The notes under the pieces: model-generated | Databases searched by the model: none | What the model saw: the letters and a program-made list of their open reading frames with translations, nothing else | What the model was told of the DNA's origin: nothing | IMG/VR virus record: IMGVR_UViG_3300044476_000098 | Coordinates: 1-27,551 of that record | Origin: a virus | Taxonomy: Duplodnaviria; Caudoviricetes | Direction: 5' to 3' (one strand) | DNA: 27,551 nt | Program-made: the position numbers and the translations under genes | Shown: positions 1 to 7,422 of the stretch, one piece after another | Numbering within the stretch: position 1 is the stretch's first letter | Layout of the letters: each line of letters begins with the position of its first letter

Positions 1-214
1 GCACCTTCTCGGCGTCCTTGTCACCGTCCTCCACCACCGCTTCGGACACCTTCAGCATCAGCCCGATGACCTCGTTCTGCGTGCCGCTGCTGATCGTGTC
101 CGGGTGGGTGAACGTCAGAAGCGCGTCGGCCAGCACTGCGATCTCCTCCGGGCTGTAGACGTCGGTGCGCACCATCGCCGCCGCCAGCACCGCTGCGTAC
201 TCCTCGTCGGTCAT
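1..214 (-). CDS. hypothetical protein, 3' end outside window (MTDEEYAAVLAAAMVRTDVYSPEEIAVLADALLTF...)
   Basis: Not in ORF track because it runs off the edge. The ATG (CAT 212-214) overlaps the TGA of the upstream gene (ATGA), a GAGGGAGG SD lies at 221-228, and the frame is open to position 1 with GC3-rich codons. Confidence 0.7.
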   Translation of the reverse strand, partial: MTDEEYAAVLAAAMVRTDVYSPEEIAVLADALLTFTHPDTISSGTQNEVIGLMLKVSEAVVEDGDKDAEKV

Positions 215-699
215 GCGGTCCCTCCCTCGTCGACCTGGAACACGCTGTCGATAGCCGCCCCGTGCACCGCCATGAAATCCGCCCTGTCGACCCCCAGGTG
301 CACGGACGCGCTCCTGGCCTGTTCGAGGATCTCGGTGCTGCACATCACGGCCACGGCCCACGGGATGGAGACATTGCTGTCGCCGATCCCCAGGGTCACG
401 TTGCCCTCGTCGGTGTGGCCGAACTTGACCACGGCCCGGGCCGTCGGCTCCGGGTAGTTGCAGTCGACCAGCGCCAGGTATGTGGCCAGCGCGGCCACCA
501 GGTCCGAGTTGCGGTCCTGGGCCGCCCTCGACGCCAGTCCGATCACCGGACGGGCCGTGGGGTCCACCGCCTGGTACCGGTCGAGCAGGAGCTGGCGCAC
601 CTGGTCCAGGGTGAGCAGCTCTTCCAGCGAGTACTCGCGGTCGCTCTCCAGCTCCCCGGTGATCACTCCCGACAGGAACTCCGAACGTTCCCTATCCAT
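211..699 (-). CDS. hypothetical phage protein (acidic, ~162 aa)
   Basis: ORF 211..702; ATG at 699 has a GGGAGG SD at 705-710; stop is coupled to the next gene; protein-like composition. Confidence 0.75.
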   Translation of the reverse strand: MDRERSEFLSGVITGELESDREYSLEELLTLDQVRQLLLDRYQAVDPTARPVIGLASRAAQDRNSDLVAALATYLALVDCNYPEPTARAVVKFGHTDEGNVTLGIGDSNVSIPWAVAVMCSTEILEQARSASVHLGVDRADFMAVHGAAIDSVFQVDEGGTA

Positions 700-715
700 C
701 AACGCCTCCCTTGCA

Positions 716-750
716 CGACAAAGCCCCGCGCACCAAGTCGGTGCCGGGGC
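716..750 (-). terminator. GC-rich hairpin with short U-tail (possible intrinsic terminator/attenuator for leftward transcription)
   Basis: gccccg(723-728)/cggggc(745-750) plus gcacc(730-734)/ggtgc(740-744); followed on the minus strand by TTTGT. Confidence 0.4.
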
Positions 751-783
751 CGTGAGTCATAGCTGTCGCTATGAACTCCATTC

Positions 784-792
784 ATTATAGCA
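784..792 (-). promoter_or_regulatory. extended -10 promoter element TGcTATAAT (leftward)
   Basis: Perfect TATAAT with TGn extension in an AT-rich intergenic patch of a high-GC genome; no consensus -35 seen. Confidence 0.6.
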
Positions 793-802
793 TAATCGCT
801 GG

Positions 803-1066
803 TCACGGACGCGTGTCCGAGTAGAGCAGAGCCCATAACAATGCTTCGACCAGGCCGTCGCCCTCGTTGCGTGCGACCGCCTGGAGCACCAGCTTCACCA
901 GAGCCCGCTGGGCCACCGGCGACGGCTCCGGCATCCTGCTGCGCACGCCGATCGCCAGGTGCGCCAGCTCGACTCCGTCGTTGACGTTGCCGAGCGCCAT
1001 CTCGCGGCCGGACTCGATCAGCAGCGACGCCACGATGTCGTCCGTCTTCATCGGGGCCCAGATCAC
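803..1066 (-). CDS. hypothetical protein (~87 aa)
   Basis: C-terminal part of track ORF 803..1321; GTG at 1066 overlaps the TGA of the upstream gene (alternative ATG 1051, MKTDDIV). Confidence 0.65.
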   Translation of the reverse strand: MIWAPMKTDDIVASLLIESGREMALGNVNDGVELAHLAIGVRSRMPEPSPVAQRALVKLVLQAVARNEGDGLVEALLWALLYSDTRP

Positions 1067-1326
1067 GGGGCCTTCATCTCCTCGGCGGCGAGCGCCAGGT
1101 ACCCGATCGCGTCCACGTAGGTGTCGAGGTTCTCCGGCCGGTGCTCCATCCGGCCGATCTTGAACAGCGCCATCATCACCATCACGTCCCGGGCGGTGAA
1201 CGACCGGCCGTAGTACCCGGTCCACAGGTTGGCCACAGTGGCGTGCACACGCCCGGCAGATCCGGTGGTGTTCGAGCGGTCGTCCAGCACCCTTCCGACT
1301 ATTTCGAGCACGTCCGACCACGTCAT
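1063..1326 (-). CDS. DUF6378-like small helical phage protein (putative nucleotide-metabolism/pyrophosphohydrolase-like fold)
   Basis: MTWSDVLE...VANLWTGY...DVMVMMALFKIGR...DTYVDAIGYLAL matches the 'a.lW...dV..mM.l.Ki.R...D.yvD.iGY' pattern; ATGA overlap at 1323-1326. Confidence 0.7.
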   Translation of the reverse strand: MTWSDVLEIVGRVLDDRSNTTGSAGRVHATVANLWTGYYGRSFTARDVMVMMALFKIGRMEHRPENLDTYVDAIGYLALAAEEMKAP

Positions 1327-1508
1327 CGGCGCTTCAGCGGCGTCCACGTCACGTCTCTCCACAGCAGCAGTCCTCCTTTGTCGTAGATCTGGCCCCGCAG
1401 CGGCGGGAGCAGCTTGCCGTTGAGCTCGGGGCGCCACGTGAACTCGTAGACACCCACGTGCTCCACTTCGGCCCCGTCGAAGGGGCCTCCCCACCACGTC
1501 GACTTCAC
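1323..1508 (-). CDS. small hypothetical protein with GGPxDG motif (~61 aa)
   Basis: GTG at 1508 overlaps the helicase stop; KSTWWGGPFDGAEVE resembles small actinophage GGPxDG proteins. Confidence 0.6.
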   Translation of the reverse strand: MKSTWWGGPFDGAEVEHVGVYEFTWRPELNGKLLPPLRGQIYDKGGLLLWRDVTWTPLKRR

Positions 1509-2836
1509 GCGTCGTCGTCCTCGAACTGGGACAAGGTGGCGGCCTCCGATCTGGTGATCTCGTCGAAACGCCCCCGCGCCGGCTCGAACGCCGTGAACCA
1601 CCGCGTCTTCGGCCCGTTGCGCACCTTGTCCGCCACATGCTGGAGCACACCCTCGCCGGTGCGCCGCATCATCACCACCACATCGGCGTCGCGACCCAGG
1701 TGGTCGCTCTCCGCCAGATGCACTGTCTTCGGCATCCCTCGATCTCCCTCTCTGTTCACCTGTGCCGCAGCCACTATCGGCGTGCGGGTTCGCAGTGCGA
1801 CCTGCTTGAGCTCCTTGCTGACACTGCGCACCACCTCCCAGGTGGCGCCGTTGCGGGCGCCGCGGGACGGGGTCAGCAGGCCGACGTGGTCCACCAGAAC
1901 GAGATCGCTGTCGCGAGCGCAGCGAGCGACAAACTCCGGTGTCGCCGGCAGCACGTGGCCCGGGTCGCTGATCCGGATACGGCCCTTGCCCATCAGCCGC
2001 TTGGCGGACGCTATCGCGCCCGCCCGCTTGTCCCCGTCGTCGGAGTCCAGCGCCGCCAGCAATTTCGCCGAACTGCGCTGGCTCCCCAGCAATATGCGGG
2101 TGACGCGCTCGGCCACCGCATGGCTGGGCATTTCCAGGGACACGTAATGCACGCTGCGCCCGGCTTTCAGGGCGGTGGCCGCGTACGCCGCCATCACCCA
2201 GCTCTTGCCGTGGTTGAGCCGGGCCCCGACGTACCAGAGGTCACCGGGGCGAATGCCGCCGGTGACCCGGTCCAGCGGCTCCCACGGCACCGGAAGCGAC
2301 CTCACCTTGTCCGAGTCCGCCGCCGTCAGAACGAGATCCAGGCCCTCGTCCCATGCCGCGGCACGCGGAACCGTGGCATCCAGCACCTCCGACAGCATCG
2401 AGCGCGCTGCGTCCACGTCGTCATCTCCGAGCTCTCTCGCGGCGGACGCCATGGCCCGCCGCAGCTTCACGTTGTCGGCCTCATGCCGGAGCAGACCCGC
2501 TGCCCACGTCGGGTCCACGCCCTTCGTATACGGAAAAGTGGGCATCTTCCTGGCCAGCACCTCGACCGACGGTGGTCGCCCGGCTGCGGCCGCGTGCGCT
2601 TCGCACAGGGCCCACGTCCTGGTGAACGCCGTGATGTCCTCCGCGGAAATCCCCCAGCGGTCCGGGTGCCACTGGCCCAGACCCACCAGAGAGCTGATGA
2701 ACAGCGCCTCCGGGTGTGAAGCCTCCGGCCGTGACGAATGGCCCCCCGACCTGTCCGTCACGACAGTGAAGGGCCGCCTCCTGGAAGACGGCCCCTCGAT
2801 CCACATGTCAGCATCCATCACTTCGCGCCTCTCCAC
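1505..2836 (-). CDS. dnaB: DnaB-like (SF4) replicative DNA helicase
   Basis: Walker A GARLNHGKS, SLEM (H1a), LVLVDHVGLL (Walker B), AAQVNREG, LAESDHLGRDADVV, KVRNGP. Start uncertain (GTG 2836 or ATG 2818). Confidence 0.9.
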   Translation of the reverse strand: MERREVMDADMWIEGPSSRRRPFTVVTDRSGGHSSRPEASHPEALFISSLVGLGQWHPDRWGISAEDITAFTRTWALCEAHAAAAGRPPSVEVLARKMPTFPYTKGVDPTWAAGLLRHEADNVKLRRAMASAARELGDDDVDAARSMLSEVLDATVPRAAAWDEGLDLVLTAADSDKVRSLPVPWEPLDRVTGGIRPGDLWYVGARLNHGKSWVMAAYAATALKAGRSVHYVSLEMPSHAVAERVTRILLGSQRSSAKLLAALDSDDGDKRAGAIASAKRLMGKGRIRISDPGHVLPATPEFVARCARDSDLVLVDHVGLLTPSRGARNGATWEVVRSVSKELKQVALRTRTPIVAAAQVNREGDRGMPKTVHLAESDHLGRDADVVVMMRRTGEGVLQHVADKVRNGPKTRWFTAFEPARGRFDEITRSEAATLSQFEDDDA

Positions 2837-2910
2837 TTGCGGGTGAGCCGAACCGTACAGACGGTCACCACCTCACCACTTGACAGGGGGGTGTACGCTC
2901 AAAAAGTCGC

Positions 2911-3134
2911 TAGCTACTAGCGGCACTCCGTGCCAGCGAGTACGGCTACTGCGCCGACCACAAAGGAGGCGCAGTCAAGTAGCTAAGAGCGAATAGCTAC
3001 TAGCGGCACTCCGTGCCAGATACGAAGCAACTACACCGACCTACAGGGAGGTGTAGTCAAGTAGCTAACAGGACTAAGCCTCCCTTGAGGTCGGCTTAGT
3101 AGCTAGTAGCGGTACGTAGTACCGCTAGTCGCTA
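2911..3134. repeat. three ~75-bp structured modules: units 1 (2911-2985) and 2 (2994-3067) direct, unit 3 (3062-3134) inverted
   Basis: TAGCTACTAGCGGCACTCCGTGCCAG is exact at 2911-2936 and 2994-3019. Each unit has a triloop hairpin and an 8-bp stem ACTnnnCC/GGnnnAGT enclosing a 12-nt GACC...GGA loop; the third copy is reverse-complemented. Confidence 0.9.
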
Positions 3135-3139
3135 GGGAA

Positions 3140-3159
3140 ATCATTCACGCGTGCATGAT
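3140..3159. promoter_or_regulatory. 20-bp near-perfect palindrome (operator-like) ATCATtCACGCGTGcATGAT
   Basis: Dyad symmetric except one pair; located in the divergent intergenic region. Confidence 0.35.
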
Positions 3160-3176
3160 TGTGCTATGCACATGCT

Positions 3177-3229
3177 TCGGGCCCGGTAACCCAGCTGGTG
3201 GTGATCAGCTGCATGGCTACCGGGCCCGA
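3177..3229. repeat. long inverted repeat / hairpin
   Basis: TCGGGCCCGGTA (3177-3188) pairs perfectly with TACCGGGCCCGA (3218-3229); inner CAGCTG 3192-3197/3206-3211. Confidence 0.75.
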
Positions 3230-3263
3230 CTGCGTGTGGACAGAATTTTCCCTACCCACGGTC

Positions 3264-3272
3264 ATCCTACCA
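3264..3272 (-). promoter_or_regulatory. candidate leftward extended -10 (TGgTAGGAT)
   Basis: TGn-TAnnnT actinobacterial pattern facing the helicase operon. Confidence 0.35.
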
Positions 3273-3294
3273 GAGTTATGCGTTGATGTATAGA

Positions 3295-3300
3295 TAGGAT
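3295..3300 (+). promoter_or_regulatory. candidate -10 TAGGAT for a leaderless terminase mRNA
   Basis: TAnnnT exactly 6 nt before ATG 3307, with no strong SD. Confidence 0.45.
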
Positions 3301-3306
3301 GCGTGC

Positions 3307-4833
3307 ATGGCCGTCGTGCAGTTGACCCGCCCACCGCAGACCGATGACGAGCTGCACGCAGTTGTCGAAGCTCTCTGGGGCGTGAGCATCCCGAGGGTGC
3401 AGGTCTGCGAGGGACACGTCGCACCGTTCACGGCGTTCGCCCACGCGTACTTCAGCAGGCCGCCCAACATTGCTCTCTGGTACGCCAGCCGGGGTTCGGG
3501 CAAGAGCTACATGCTCGCCCTGCTCAGCCTCACCAAGGCCTTCGTGCAGGAGATGGATGTCACTCTCCTGGGCGGGAGCATGGCGCAGTCGCAGAACGTC
3601 CACGAGCACAACGCCCGGCTGCTGGCCGCCCCCAACGCACCGCGCCACGCGCTGCTCAAGGACACCGCCACCGAGATCTCCACCATGTCCAACTCCTCGG
3701 TGCGCCCGCTGCCGGCCTCGCAGAAGACAGTTCGCGGACCGCACCCCAACGTCACGCTGCTCGACGAGATCGACGAGATGGAGTACTCGATCTACTCGGC
3801 CGCCATGGGCCAGGCGATGCCCAAGAAGGACCGCCACGGCCACGAGGTCAACGAGTACACCGTCGCCGCAAGCACCTGGCAGAACCCGATCGGGACGTTC
3901 ACCACGGTGAAGCGCGAGTTCGAGGAGAAAGGGCTTCCGGTCTTCACGTTCTGCTACCGGGAGAACCTGGAGCCGCACGGCTGGATGACGGCGGATTACG
4001 TGGAGCGCAAAAGGGCCTCGGTTCCCTCGGAGATGTTCCGGGTCGAGTTCGACCTCGGCGAGCCCACCGGTGACGCCAGGGCGTTCGACATGTCGAAGAT
4101 CGAGCTCTACGGCGAGGTGCGCGCACCGCTTGAGGGCCAGGGACGCACCACGCTGGAGGACACCGAGGTCGTCTACGCCGAACCCGTGGGCAACCGCATC
4201 TACGCCGCAGGCGCCGACTGGGCCAAGAGCCAGGACTACACCGTGATCGTCGTGGTCGACATCACCGAGGAGCCGCGGCGGGTCGTGTACTGGCGTCGGA
4301 TGCGTCGACAGCCCTACCCGACGATGTTCGGCGCCTTCGACTCGGCGATGAAGCGGTACCACGCAGTCGGCTACCACGACGGCACCGGCCTGGGAAACGT
4401 GGTGCACGACCTGCTGGAGAGTGACGCCAACAAGTTCGTGTTCGTCGGCCGGGAGCGCACCCAGATGCTGCTGGACTACGTCACCGCGTTCGAGAGCGGC
4501 GAGTACCGCATCCCTCGGGAGACCCCGATATTCGCCGAGCACAAGTACTGCCCGAACGACGCGATCTACCGGCGGCTGGAGGAGAGCGCCCATCTTCCGG
4601 ACACGGTGGCCGCGATGGCGTTGGCGCATCGAGCAGCAGAGAAAATCCCGCAGCCCGCAGGCGACGCCGGAACGACGGTGTCGGTGCCCAAGGACCTGGT
4701 CGAGTGGCGCAACGCGCGACAGGCCGACAAGCAGTTCAACCTGCCGCCGGAGGAGCGGTACATGCGAGTGGGCGACGTGATGGTGGTGGACGAGTTCGAT
4801 GGCGACCCGCTGTCCAACTTCTGGAGCGTGTGA
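3307..4833 (+). CDS. terL: terminase large subunit
   Basis: Walker A ASRGSGKS, Walker B LLDEID, RNase H-like nuclease acidic motifs GADWAKSQDYT, HDGTGLG, LPDTVAAMALA; position upstream of portal. Confidence 0.93.
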   Translation: MAVVQLTRPPQTDDELHAVVEALWGVSIPRVQVCEGHVAPFTAFAHAYFSRPPNIALWYASRGSGKSYMLALLSLTKAFVQEMDVTLLGGSMAQSQNVHEHNARLLAAPNAPRHALLKDTATEISTMSNSSVRPLPASQKTVRGPHPNVTLLDEIDEMEYSIYSAAMGQAMPKKDRHGHEVNEYTVAASTWQNPIGTFTTVKREFEEKGLPVFTFCYRENLEPHGWMTADYVERKRASVPSEMFRVEFDLGEPTGDARAFDMSKIELYGEVRAPLEGQGRTTLEDTEVVYAEPVGNRIYAAGADWAKSQDYTVIVVVDITEEPRRVVYWRRMRRQPYPTMFGAFDSAMKRYHAVGYHDGTGLGNVVHDLLESDANKFVFVGRERTQMLLDYVTAFESGEYRIPRETPIFAEHKYCPNDAIYRRLEESAHLPDTVAAMALAHRAAEKIPQPAGDAGTTVSVPKDLVEWRNARQADKQFNLPPEERYMRVGDVMVVDEFDGDPLSNFWSV

Positions 4834-5406
4834 ATGCTAGGGCCTGCGGAGCTTGAGCTGGTGACCGACCCCTACGAACTGGCGCTGCTGCTCCCCGACT
4901 ACCCGGACATACCGCAGCGTAAGGCCCGACCCAAGGAGGCCCGGCGCTACTGGGAGGCCGTCAAGCTGATGGTCCCGCTGGAGTACGACTGGCTCTGGCC
5001 GTTCTTCCGTCATTACGACGGCCATGCCGTGCTGTCGGGGAGCGAGGACTCCGATCTCGGATGGGCGCTGCACCGGCAGCTGCTCACGCTCACTGTCGGG
5101 CCGCCCCCGGACCCGGATCTCATCGCCTGCCATGTCTGCAACCAGCCGGCATGTCTGTCGAAGTACCACTGCTACTGGGGGACGGACCTCGACAACATGA
5201 CCGACCGCAAGGAAGCCGGAAATTACTTCTACACGCCGCGCAAGCTCGATCTGCGCACGGCGACCCGGATCAGGGCGCTGCACGAGGGCGGCTCCAGCCA
5301 CCAGGAGCTGATAGACCGCTTCGGGATCAAGCGACGCCAACTGCGCAACGTCGTCAACGGGTACTCCTGGGTCAAGCCTCCGGAAGAGGGTTGGTTGACC
5401 ATCTGA
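4834..5406 (+). CDS. HNH endonuclease with C-terminal HTH-like DNA-binding domain
   Basis: LHR...ACHVCNQPACLSKYHCYWGTDLDNMTDR resembles the HxCxNPxCxxxxHLxxGTxxDNxxD HNH motif; C-terminal KL...IRALHEGGSSHQELIDRFGIKRRQLRNVVNGYSW HTH. Confidence 0.8.
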   Translation: MLGPAELELVTDPYELALLLPDYPDIPQRKARPKEARRYWEAVKLMVPLEYDWLWPFFRHYDGHAVLSGSEDSDLGWALHRQLLTLTVGPPPDPDLIACHVCNQPACLSKYHCYWGTDLDNMTDRKEAGNYFYTPRKLDLRTATRIRALHEGGSSHQELIDRFGIKRRQLRNVVNGYSWVKPPEEGWLTI

Positions 5407-5469
5407 CACTGTGGCTGCCAGTGTGGTGACACTGTGAGTGGCTGTGTGGTGCTCTGACATCATCGGGCC

Positions 5470-7098
5470 ATGCCAACCACCTCCGATCTCCGGGACGGAG
5501 ACATCCCGCCTTCGCTGGTCGCGGCCGACGATCTGACCCCGCAGCAGGTGGCCGAGGTGATCCGCCGGGACCACACAGGCTGGGACGAGATAGGCACCAC
5601 CGGCCTCAAGCGCTCCAGCGGCTGGATCGACGAGGAGTTCCTGCCGCAGCTGCGTGGCAAGAAGGCCGTCGCCGTCTACCGGGAGATGTCGCAGAACGAC
5701 CCGATGATCGGCGCCCTGCTGTTCAGCATCGACCAGCTGGTCCGCAACATCGAGTGGACCGTGAAGCCCGCTGGCAAGAGCAAGGCGGACACCGAGGCGG
5801 CCAAGTTCGTCGAGTCCTGCATGGACGACATGGAGCACCCATGGAGCGAGTTCGTCTCCGACTGCGTCTCCTTCCTGCCGTACGGCTGGTCGTTCCACGA
5901 GACGGTCTACAAGCGCCGGGTCAACCGCTGGGCCAACGACCCGCGACAGCGCAGCCAGCACAGCGACGGCCTGGTCGGCTGGCGCAAGCTGCCGATCCGC
6001 TCCCAGGACTCGCTGTTCCGGTGGGTGTTCGACACCAACAGCGAGGCGGTGGCGATGGTGCAGATGGCGCCGCCCCGCTACCAGGCCGTGACCATCCCGC
6101 TCGACCGCGGGCTGCTGTTCCACTGGCGGCGCACCAAGGGCAACCCGGAGGGGCGCTCGATCCTGCGCAACGCCTACCGGCCCTGGTACTACAAGAAGCG
6201 GTTGGAGGAGTTCGAGTCCATCGGCGTGGAGCGCGACCTGGCCGGTCTTCCGCTGGTCAAGGTGCCCGCCGAGTACATCCGGGCCAAGCCCGGAACCGAG
6301 CAGCACAAGATGGTCGAGTCGCTGAAGAAGATGGTGCGCAGCGTCCGGCGCAACGAGCAGGAGGGCCTGGTCTTCCCGATCGCCTACGACCAGGACACCA
6401 AGCAGCCGCTGTTCAGCTTCGAGCTGCTGGGCTCCGGCGGTGGCCGGGCGTTCAGCACCGACGCGATCGTGCGCCGCTACGAGGAGCGCATCCTCATGAC
6501 GGTGCTGGCCGACTTCATCCTGGTGGGCCACCAGCAGACCGGCTCCTACTCGATGCACGTGGACAAGACCTCGATCTTCCGGACCGCGCTGAATTCCATC
6601 GGCAAGTCGATCTGCGACACCTTCAACCGCTACGCGATCCCTCGGCTGTTCGAGGTCAACGGCTGGCGGCCCGCCGAGCTGCCGGAGCTGCAGGCGTCCG
6701 ACGTCGACGTTCCTGACCTCGGGCAGCTGTCCCAGTTCATGACGGCCATGCAGGGGACCGGCGTCACCTGGTTCCCGGACGGGGAGATGGAGAAGTTCGT
6801 CCGCAAGGTGGCCCGCCTGCCGGAGATGGACGAGGAGTCCTACGAGGTGCGCCAGAAGATGAGCCGGCTCTCGGAGATGGCGGCCTTCGCCAACCAGCAG
6901 AACGCCGTGCTCCAGGCCAAGTCCCAGATGCAGCAGATTCTGATGCAGTCCCAGCAGGCCCAGGCCCAGGCGGTCACCGGGGCGCCACCTCCTCCCGGCG
7001 AGCCCGCGCAGGCCGCACCGCCGGGCGAGCCGACACCGCCGGGTGCTGCCGGGACGCCGCCGCAGCCGGGCCAGAACCCGCAGGAGGTGCCGCAGTGA
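5470..7098 (+). CDS. portal protein (Mu gp29/DUF935-like) with Gln/Pro-rich C-terminal tail
   Basis: YGWSFHETVYK, GNPEGRSILRNAYRPWYYKK, GVERDLAGLP, IVRRYEERI, NRYAIPRLFEVNG motifs; follows terL. Confidence 0.9.
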   Translation: MPTTSDLRDGDIPPSLVAADDLTPQQVAEVIRRDHTGWDEIGTTGLKRSSGWIDEEFLPQLRGKKAVAVYREMSQNDPMIGALLFSIDQLVRNIEWTVKPAGKSKADTEAAKFVESCMDDMEHPWSEFVSDCVSFLPYGWSFHETVYKRRVNRWANDPRQRSQHSDGLVGWRKLPIRSQDSLFRWVFDTNSEAVAMVQMAPPRYQAVTIPLDRGLLFHWRRTKGNPEGRSILRNAYRPWYYKKRLEEFESIGVERDLAGLPLVKVPAEYIRAKPGTEQHKMVESLKKMVRSVRRNEQEGLVFPIAYDQDTKQPLFSFELLGSGGGRAFSTDAIVRRYEERILMTVLADFILVGHQQTGSYSMHVDKTSIFRTALNSIGKSICDTFNRYAIPRLFEVNGWRPAELPELQASDVDVPDLGQLSQFMTAMQGTGVTWFPDGEMEKFVRKVARLPEMDEESYEVRQKMSRLSEMAAFANQQNAVLQAKSQMQQILMQSQQAQAQAVTGAPPPPGEPAQAAPPGEPTPPGAAGTPPQPGQNPQEVPQ

Positions 7099-7418
7099 GA
7101 CGGAGTTCGGAGAGCGCCGCCAAGATGCACGGGGCCACACTGCTCGCCAACACCTACACCCCGGGCATCGCCGCTGCGATCGAGCGTTCCGACGGCACCG
7201 GAGCGACCGCTCTGCTGCGCATGGCGATCGACCACATCCGCAGCGAGTTCGACCTGACTGACGGCCAGGTCGACTCGGTGATGTTCTGGTCGATGACCGG
7301 GATGGCGTCGGCGATGCTGCGCAAGGCGACGCACATGGACTGCCAGAGCCCTGCCGATCTGGTGGCCGAAGTGACGATGCGGCAGCACCAGGTGGTCCAG
7401 CGAGCCGAGCAGGAGTAG
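7095..7418 (+). CDS. hypothetical protein (107 aa)
   Basis: GTGA overlap with the portal stop, AGGAGG SD upstream, fills the gap in the operon. Confidence 0.65.
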   Translation: MRRSSESAAKMHGATLLANTYTPGIAAAIERSDGTGATALLRMAIDHIRSEFDLTDGQVDSVMFWSMTGMASAMLRKATHMDCQSPADLVAEVTMRQHQVVQRAEQE

Positions 7419-7422
7419 CGCC

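Noticed and set aside
2880-2899. TTGACA -35 with TACGCT
   Set aside because: Spacing is only 8 nt, and no TAnnnT lies 16-18 nt downstream.
2911-3067. 26-bp exact direct repeat as a mini CRISPR array
   Set aside because: Only two direct copies, the intervening sequences are themselves homologous and structured, the third copy is inverted, and there are no cas genes.
2911-3134. tRNA or hammerhead ribozyme interpretation of the three-way-junction units
   Set aside because: No TTC-containing T-loop, anticodon arm or CCA; no CTGANGA/GAAA hammerhead core on either strand.
3164-3424. 86-aa minus ORF as a possible small terminase or leader peptide
   Set aside because: Wrong strand for terS, overlaps terL, and has atypical codon usage.
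6900-7098. Gln/Pro-rich low-complexity repeat at the portal C-terminus
   Set aside because: Disordered portal tails are common; no regular DNA repeat unit.
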